From positions 288,001 to 352,000 of the forward strand of contig JAXHLW010000013.1 of NCBI GenBank assembly GCA_034521815.1: DNA of 64,000 nucleotides, read 5' to 3'. Shown one piece after another: positions 57,985 through 64,000 of the stretch (its first letter is position 1; each line of letters begins with the position of its first letter). Origin of the DNA: Trueperaceae bacterium. Its GTDB lineage: Bacteria > Deinococcota > Deinococci > Deinococcales > Trueperaceae. The translations under genes and the position numbers were made by a program. Below the pieces are notes generated by a model that was not told the DNA's origin, did not search any database, and was given only the letters and a program-made list of their open reading frames with translations.

Positions 57985-60675
57985 ATGCTCAGACGGCGCC
58001 GCCCATCTTTCCTTTCTCGCCCCCTCGCGGCCCTGCTCGCCTGCCTCCTGCTCGTCTCGTCGGTCGCCTACGCCCAGGCCCCCGACCAGGTTCCCGACGT
58101 CAGCGGACCGTTGGTCGAGGTCCGGGTCGAAGGCACCGACGTGTACACCGATATCGTGCGGACCCTGATCACCGCCCGGGTCGGCACGCCGGCCGAACGC
58201 ATCGATCTCGAGGCCGAGCGCAACCGGGTGTACGGACTCGGGACGTTCGCCAGCGTGAGCGTGTCGATGCTCGACGAGCCTGCAGGCCCGGTGCTGCTCG
58301 TGCGGGTGGAGGAGAATCCGGAGATCGGCGAGGTGGTGTTCGACGGGGTCGAGAGCCTCGAGCCGGCGACCTTGCGCGAGCTCCTGTCCAGGGAGCATCT
58401 TCTCGCGGCCGGACGGGTGTTCAACATCGGCCGAGCGGAGGAGGCCACCCGCACCATCGCGGATCGCTACCGTGCCGAGGGCTTCCCGTTCCGTCCGACC
58501 GTCACCCTCGAGACCGAGCGTGCGCCCGAGCTGGCCGATCGCGGCGAAGCGTCGCCGCTTCGGGTGCGTTTCGTCGTGGACGAGGCCGCCCGACTCGACG
58601 AGGTGGTGTTCGCCGAGTCGGCCGTGTTCGACGAAGAGGAGCTTCGCGCCGAGTTCGCCCGGGTCCGTGATCAGGATACGTTCGACCTGGCCACCTACCG
58701 CGCCGCCGTGCGCCGGGTCGGCGAGCGGTACGGCGAGCTCGGCTACCGCCAAAGCGGCGTCGATCTGGACGCGACGCAGCTACGGGGCGGCGTGCTCGAG
58801 GTCGAGCTGCGCGAGCTCCGCATCGCCTCGATCGACACGACGCCGCTGGGCATCGAGGCCGGACGCCTCAGTCTCGACGTCGGCGATCTGTTCGACTACG
58901 ACGCGTTGCTGGCCGACGTCCGTCGCCTGGCCGAAGGCCGAAGCGGCGACGTGAGGCTGGTGCCGCTCGTGAGCCCGGCCGGGGGCGTTCGGGTGACGTT
59001 CGAGCTGGGGCCGCCCGATACGGCGGGCGAGATCGAGACGATCCGCATCGAGGGCAACACCGTGCTGAGCGACGAGCGGCTGGCCGAGACGCTGGCCCTG
59101 CAGCCGGGCGACACCTTCACCTCCACGCTGGCCGAGGAGGACTTCCGCCGGATCGCCGAGGCGTACGCAGGCGCCGGCTACGTCGTCGCGTCCAGGCCCG
59201 ACTACAACTGGCTGGACGGCGTGTACGTCCAGCGCGTGACCGAGTACCGCATCGGCGAGTACGCGATCGTCTGGCGTTCGGGAACCCCGGGCGCCGAGCC
59301 GTTCATCGTGCTTCGCAGACTTCCCGAGCCCGGCAGCGTGCTGTCGCTGGATGCGCTCGACGCCGGCCTCCGGCAGCTGCTCCGCGAGGGTGCGGTCCGT
59401 CCCGTGGACCGTCAGATCCTGCCGCTCGAGGACGGCGAGAGCGACGAGGTGCTGGTCCAGATCGTGCTCGAGTCGTCGCAGACCGGTCTGTTCCAGCCAG
59501 CCGCGACGTACAGCACGCTCGACGGGTTCTCCGCGTCGCTCAGCGTGAGCGAGCGCAACCTGTGGGGCCGTGCGCACACCGTCGAGGCCGAGATCGATGC
59601 GCGCACCTCCGACATCGGCTTCCTACTCGGTGGCGACCTGCGGTACTCGGTCCCCTGGCTGTACCTCGACGTCGGCGACTTCCGCGAGGTGCCCACCTCG
59701 GTGTCGGTGTCGTTGTTCTCGAACGTTCGCACGAACGAGCCGCTCTCGGACGAAGGCTCGACCCGGATCGTCGCGCCCGGCTCCTCGGGCGGGGAGGCCA
59801 ACACCGTTCGTATCGGCGAGTACACGCGCCGGGATACCGGGTTCAGCGTCGGCGCGGGCCGTCGACTGATCGACGATCTGACGCTGCGGCTCTCCGCCCG
59901 GGCGTCGTTGTCCGACATCACCGTCGAGCCCCCGGGGACCGTGTGCACGTTCGACGACGACGGCGACGTCGAGAACCCGAACGCCTGCTCGCTCCCCTAC
60001 GTCCAGGCTCTCGAGTACGCGCCCCTCGAGGGCGCCTCGGGGTTCTTGGGCGGCGATCTGGCGTACGACGCCCGTGACGACGCCGACTTCCCGCGCAGCG
60101 GCGTGGCCTCGAACGCCTCGCTGGGCGTCGGCCTGGGGAACGACTTCTTGTCGGGCGGGGAGCGCGCCTCGTACGTGTACGTTCCGGTGGAGCTCGGCGT
60201 GAAGAGCTACCTGACGCTCGCGGAGCTGTCGCAGGGCGAGATCACCGACGACAACCACGTGTTCGCGGCGCGCCTGAACGTCGGGCACCAGTTCGGCTCG
60301 GCGTATCCCGCCTCGAAGCGGTTCACCGTCGGTCAGACGCCCAACGAAGCCACCCAGGTCCGCGGCTACCGTGACGACGACTTCGGTCTCTCGCGAACGT
60401 ACGCGACCGCCTCGTTCGAGTATCGGTACGACTTCGAGCTGAGCACCGTCGCGACCCAGACGATCATCGCGGTGGCGTTCGCCGACGTCGCCTGGGCCAG
60501 CGAGGTCCCTGGCTGGAACGAGAACGAAGCGCCTCTGTTCGCCGGCGCCGGCGTCGGCCTGCAGGTGAACCTCGGCTTCTCCGGCGTGGCCCTGCCGGCG
60601 CTCAGATTCGACTACGGCTTCAGCGAACGCAACCCGACCGGCGTGTTCTCGTTCCGTATCGGAACGGTGTTCTGA
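57985..60675 (+). CDS. Omp85/BamA family outer-membrane protein with POTRA domains
   Basis: Signal peptide, POTRA repeats (VEENPEIGEVVFDG, IRIEGNTVLS), SERNLWGRA, QVRGY, EYRY, C-terminal FRIGTVF. Confidence 0.88.
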   Translation: MLRRRRPSFLSRPLAALLACLLLVSSVAYAQAPDQVPDVSGPLVEVRVEGTDVYTDIVRTLITARVGTPAERIDLEAERNRVYGLGTFASVSVSMLDEPAGPVLLVRVEENPEIGEVVFDGVESLEPATLRELLSREHLLAAGRVFNIGRAEEATRTIADRYRAEGFPFRPTVTLETERAPELADRGEASPLRVRFVVDEAARLDEVVFAESAVFDEEELRAEFARVRDQDTFDLATYRAAVRRVGERYGELGYRQSGVDLDATQLRGGVLEVELRELRIASIDTTPLGIEAGRLSLDVGDLFDYDALLADVRRLAEGRSGDVRLVPLVSPAGGVRVTFELGPPDTAGEIETIRIEGNTVLSDERLAETLALQPGDTFTSTLAEEDFRRIAEAYAGAGYVVASRPDYNWLDGVYVQRVTEYRIGEYAIVWRSGTPGAEPFIVLRRLPEPGSVLSLDALDAGLRQLLREGAVRPVDRQILPLEDGESDEVLVQIVLESSQTGLFQPAATYSTLDGFSASLSVSERNLWGRAHTVEAEIDARTSDIGFLLGGDLRYSVPWLYLDVGDFREVPTSVSVSLFSNVRTNEPLSDEGSTRIVAPGSSGGEANTVRIGEYTRRDTGFSVGAGRRLIDDLTLRLSARASLSDITVEPPGTVCTFDDDGDVENPNACSLPYVQALEYAPLEGASGFLGGDLAYDARDDADFPRSGVASNASLGVGLGNDFLSGGERASYVYVPVELGVKSYLTLAELSQGEITDDNHVFAARLNVGHQFGSAYPASKRFTVGQTPNEATQVRGYRDDDFGLSRTYATASFEYRYDFELSTVATQTIIAVAFADVAWASEVPGWNENEAPLFAGAGVGLQVNLGFSGVALPALRFDYGFSERNPTGVFSFRIGTVF

Positions 60676-60758
60676 GCCGGGACCTCTTCCCGGCTCCCAG
60701 GGGGCGACGACGGTCGGCTCGTGGGCGTGCGCTCGGCCACGCCCGAGCCGACGACGGC

Positions 60759-61367
60759 TCAGCCGTCAGCGGCTCGGCGCAGCATCGCCTCGTCGCGCAG
60801 CCGGATCCGACCGTAGCCCGCATCGATCGCGCCGAGGCGGACCAGCTCGCCGACGACCTTCGTGACCGTCTCGCGTACCGACCCGACCGACGTCGCCAGG
60901 GCGTCGTGCGTCATCAGGACGGTGCGCACCCCGCCTTCGTCGCTGGCCAGCGCGCTGTCCCGAAGCTCGAGGAGCTCGGCAGCGACGCGCGCCGTCAGTC
61001 TCCGCGTCGCGCGCCGGTGCATGCCCCGGTAGAGGCCGTCGAGCGCGACGGCCATGCGCACCACGATGGCGTCGCGCTGCTCGGCCGTGAGCTCGTCCAC
61101 CTCGAATCGCTCGACGCGGACATCGGTGACCGCGTCGGCGAACACCGACCTGGGAAGACCCGCCAGCACCTCTTCGCCGAACCAGTCGCCGGGCTTGACG
61201 TAACGGAGCGTGACGCCCTCGCCCTCGCCGTCGACGGCGTGCAGGCGGACCAGGCCGCTCAGGAGCCGGTAGACCACGGCCGACGCGCCCGGCACGTAGA
61301 GGACGGCGCCCGCCTCGTACGCTTCGGCCGAGCCGTTCACCATAGGATCTGGATCGTTCTCCATCAT
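60759..61367 (-). CDS. CRP/FNR family regulator (DdrI/SdrP-like)
   Basis: SGLVRLH..DGEG..TLRYVKPGDWFGEE, HTH THDALATSVGSVRETVTKVVGEL, GYGRI. Confidence 0.85.
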   Translation of the reverse strand: MMENDPDPMVNGSAEAYEAGAVLYVPGASAVVYRLLSGLVRLHAVDGEGEGVTLRYVKPGDWFGEEVLAGLPRSVFADAVTDVRVERFEVDELTAEQRDAIVVRMAVALDGLYRGMHRRATRRLTARVAAELLELRDSALASDEGGVRTVLMTHDALATSVGSVRETVTKVVGELVRLGAIDAGYGRIRLRDEAMLRRAADG

Positions 61368-61465
61368 GCCGCCTTTCCGGTAGCGCCCACCGTTCACGGG
61401 ACGGTACCGGCGAGGGGGCAGCCCGACCACGGTCTTGGCTACGATCCGCGCCGAGCCGTGCGGCC

Positions 61466-62551
61466 TCAGACCGAGAACAGGATGTGCATCACGTCGCCGT
61501 CACGCACGCGATACGCCTTCCCTTCGGTGCGTAGCTGGCCCTTCGCCTTCGCCGCCGTCAGGCTCTTCGCCGCCACCAGGACGTCCCAACCGATCGTCTC
61601 GGCACGAATGAAGCCGCGCTGCAGGTCGCTATGGATCTCTCCCGCCGCCTCGGGCGCGGTGGCGCCCTCACGGACGGTCCAGGCGCGGACCTCCTTCTCG
61701 CTGGCGGTGAAGTACGTGAGCAGGCCGAGGGTCTTGTAGCCCGTCTCGATCAGGCGCTCCAGCCCCGAGCGCTCGACGCCGAGGTCCCGCAGGAACTCCG
61801 CGGCCTCGTCCTCGGGGAGCTCGGCGAGCTCCTGCTCGATCCGGGCGCTCACCACCACGACGTCGGCACCTTCCGAGGCGGCGCGCTCCCGGACGGTCTC
61901 GACGTATGCGTTCCCCTCGACCAGGTCGGTCTCGGCGACGTTGCAGACGTAGATCACCGGCTTGGCGGTCAGGAGCTGCACGTCGGCGGGCAGGTCCACG
62001 TCGACCGCACGGGCGGGCGTGCCCTGCTCCAGCGCGGCCAGCACCCGGTCCATCGCCGCGACCGTCTCGGCGACGGAACGGTCGCCCTTCGCGCTCTTTC
62101 GGAGCTTGTCGCGGCGCCTCTCCAGCGTGGCGATGTCGGCCAGCGCCAGCTCGGTGTCGATGGTGTCGATGTCGGCCACCGGATCGATGCGGCCCTCGAC
62201 GTGGACGACGTCGTCGTCGTCGAAACAGCGCACCACGTGGGCGACCGCCGCGACCTCGCGGATGTTGGCGAGGAACTGGTTGCCGAGACCCTCGCCTCGC
62301 GACGCGCCCCGGACCAGCCCGGCGATGTCGACGAACTCCACCGTGGTCGGCACGATCGGCGGCAGCTTGCCGTCCTTGCGATAGAGCTCGCCCAACGCCC
62401 CCAGGCGCTCGTCGGGGACGGGGACCACGCCGATGTTCTTGTCGATCGTCGCGAACGGATAGTTCGCGGCTTCGACCGCGGCCTTGGTGATGGCGTTGAA
62501 CAGCGTGCTCTTGCCGACGTTCGGCAAGCCCACGATCCCGATTCCGAGCAT
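61466..62551 (-). CDS. ychF: redox-regulated ATPase YchF
   Basis: GIVGLPNVGKSTLFNA, ANYPFATID, VDIAGLV.GAS.GEGLGNQFL, GFIRAE, DGDV. Confidence 0.97.
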   Translation of the reverse strand: MLGIGIVGLPNVGKSTLFNAITKAAVEAANYPFATIDKNIGVVPVPDERLGALGELYRKDGKLPPIVPTTVEFVDIAGLVRGASRGEGLGNQFLANIREVAAVAHVVRCFDDDDVVHVEGRIDPVADIDTIDTELALADIATLERRRDKLRKSAKGDRSVAETVAAMDRVLAALEQGTPARAVDVDLPADVQLLTAKPVIYVCNVAETDLVEGNAYVETVRERAASEGADVVVVSARIEQELAELPEDEAAEFLRDLGVERSGLERLIETGYKTLGLLTYFTASEKEVRAWTVREGATAPEAAGEIHSDLQRGFIRAETIGWDVLVAAKSLTAAKAKGQLRTEGKAYRVRDGDVMHILFSV

Positions 62552-62698
62552 GGTGGTCCTCCGCAGCGGGTCATCCGAGCTGGCGTGAAAGATGGCGTCC
62601 GGGCGACGGCCCGGCGACGCAGCGCCCGCCACGATACCCAGACGAGGACGGCCGAACGGCTCCTCGGCCGACGCGACCCCCGTGCTATCCTCGCGCGC

Positions 62699-63721
62699 AT
62701 GGAAACCGGTCGACACGCCCCGCTCCGGATCGGCCTGCTCGGTGTCGGGACGGTCGGCACGGCCTTCGCCGAGCTGATCCGCTCCCGCGCCGACCTGGTC
62801 CTCGCCAAGGCGCTGGTGCGCGACCCGGCCAAGCCGCGGCGCATCGCTCATCCCGACGACGTGCTCACGACCGACGTCGAGCAGGTACTGAGCGCGTCCG
62901 ATCTGATCGTCGAGCTCATGGGTGGCACCGACTTCGCGGTGACCGCGGTTCAGGAGGCGCTCGACCGGGAGCTTCCGGTCGTGACGGCGAACAAGGCCGC
63001 CCTCGCCGAGCGCTGGGAGGTGTACGAGCCGGCCATGCGGTCGGGGCGACTGTACTTCGAGGCGTCGGTGATGGCCGGCGTCCCGGTGGTGGGCCCCATC
63101 GCGGGAGCGTTGCGCGGCTCGTCGCCCCACGAGATCCACGCGGTGCTGAACGGAACGTGCAGCTACGTCCTGTCGCGACTCGAGCAGGGCGCCGGCTACG
63201 CGGCCGCCCTGAGCGAGGCGCAGCGGCTGGGGTACGCGGAGTCCGATCCGAGCCTGGACGTGTCCGGAATCGACGCGGCTCACAAGCTGTCGATCCTGGC
63301 GCGACTCGCGGTCGACCCCGAGCTGACGTGGGAGCACGTCCGCGAGCGCACGCACGGAATCGAGCTCCTGACGCCCGGCATCGTCCACGAGGCGATGGAG
63401 GACGGCGGACGGCTTCAGCTGGTGGGCAGCATCGTGCCCGCCGGAGCTGGCTGGACGGCACGGGTCCGTCCCGTGTACCTGCCCGCCGGTCATCCGCTCG
63501 CGGGCGGCGACGAGGTGCAGGCGTCGCTGGTCTATCGCGGCGTCGGCGGCGAGGTGCTCCTGTCGGGGCCCGGAGCGGGCGGCGTGCAGACCGCCAGCGC
63601 CGTGTTGGGCGACGTCCTGGCGGCGGCCTCCGGTCGCCCGGGACCCGTTCCGCTGCGTCGCGCAGCACCGCACCCCGTCGGCGTGTCGCTCGAGGACCTC
63701 GGGGAGCTCGAACCGGCGTGA
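62699..63721 (+). CDS. hom: homoserine dehydrogenase (no ACT domain)
   Basis: GLLGVGTVG, VVTANKA, FEASVMAGVP, NGTCSY, GYAESDP..DVSG.DAAHK, GPGAGG..TASAV. Confidence 0.93.
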   Translation: METGRHAPLRIGLLGVGTVGTAFAELIRSRADLVLAKALVRDPAKPRRIAHPDDVLTTDVEQVLSASDLIVELMGGTDFAVTAVQEALDRELPVVTANKAALAERWEVYEPAMRSGRLYFEASVMAGVPVVGPIAGALRGSSPHEIHAVLNGTCSYVLSRLEQGAGYAAALSEAQRLGYAESDPSLDVSGIDAAHKLSILARLAVDPELTWEHVRERTHGIELLTPGIVHEAMEDGGRLQLVGSIVPAGAGWTARVRPVYLPAGHPLAGGDEVQASLVYRGVGGEVLLSGPGAGGVQTASAVLGDVLAAASGRPGPVPLRRAAPHPVGVSLEDLGELEPA

Positions 63722-64000
63722 GGGTGGTGCAAGGCGGACCGACCGAGGCCGTCCGGGTGCGGAGCACGCGCGCACCGGACGGCCCAGGCCTGTCGTTGGA
63801 CGACGCGATCCTGGCGGGGCTCGCGCCCGACGGCGGGCTGTACCTTCCCGTCGAGGTGCCCGCGCTGCCGCCCGACTGGCGCGCGTCGACGAGCCTCGCG
63901 GAGCTTGCGCGTCGCGTGCTGGCCCCCTGGTGGGGCGAGGCCGAGGCCGAGATCGCCCCCCTTCTGGACGACGCGCTGGACTTCGACACGCCTCTGCGTC
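63718..64000 (+). CDS. thrC: threonine synthase (5' part, runs off the window)
   Basis: Translated by hand: STR...SLDDAILAGLAPDGGLYLP; GTGA overlap with hom. Confidence 0.85.
   Translation, partial: MRVVQGGPTEAVRVRSTRAPDGPGLSLDDAILAGLAPDGGLYLPVEVPALPPDWRASTSLAELARRVLAPWWGEAEAEIAPLLDDALDFDTPLR

Overview
High-GC core-genome window, most likely from a Deinococcota bacterium (Trueperaceae-like). Support for this: RpoC carries the large Thermus/Deinococcus-type beta' insertion, there is a DdrI/SdrP-like CRP regulator and a recF-DUF721 pair, and many genes have leaderless -10 promoters. The window contains aroA-cmk-nadK, a cobalamin riboswitch with btuFCD, a sulfolipid cluster (GT2-sqdB-sqdX), a DUF1998 DEAH helicase, CM/DAHP synthase and tatAC. 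It also holds the Thr-Tyr-Gly-Thr tRNA/tuf/rpmG/secE/nusG/rplKAJL/rpoBC cluster, carD, a psuG-rodZ-ABC/DUF2207 operon, groESL (CIRCE plus a HAIR-like site), gpmI-DUF721-recF, sufSU, punA-yggS-divIVA, an Omp85/BamA protein, ychF and hom-thrC. No mobile elements or CRISPR arrays were seen. The main oddities are: (1) two sharply bounded islands (tuf and sqdB) where C is strongly depleted on the + strand at synonymous sites, whichever way the gene points; (2) a possible riboswitch-controlled uORF coupled to btuF; (3) four genes each broken by a net +1 frameshift, probably consensus errors; (4) many 12-15 bp tandem micro-duplications at gene ends. All protein calls come from recognising motifs by eye, not from database searches.
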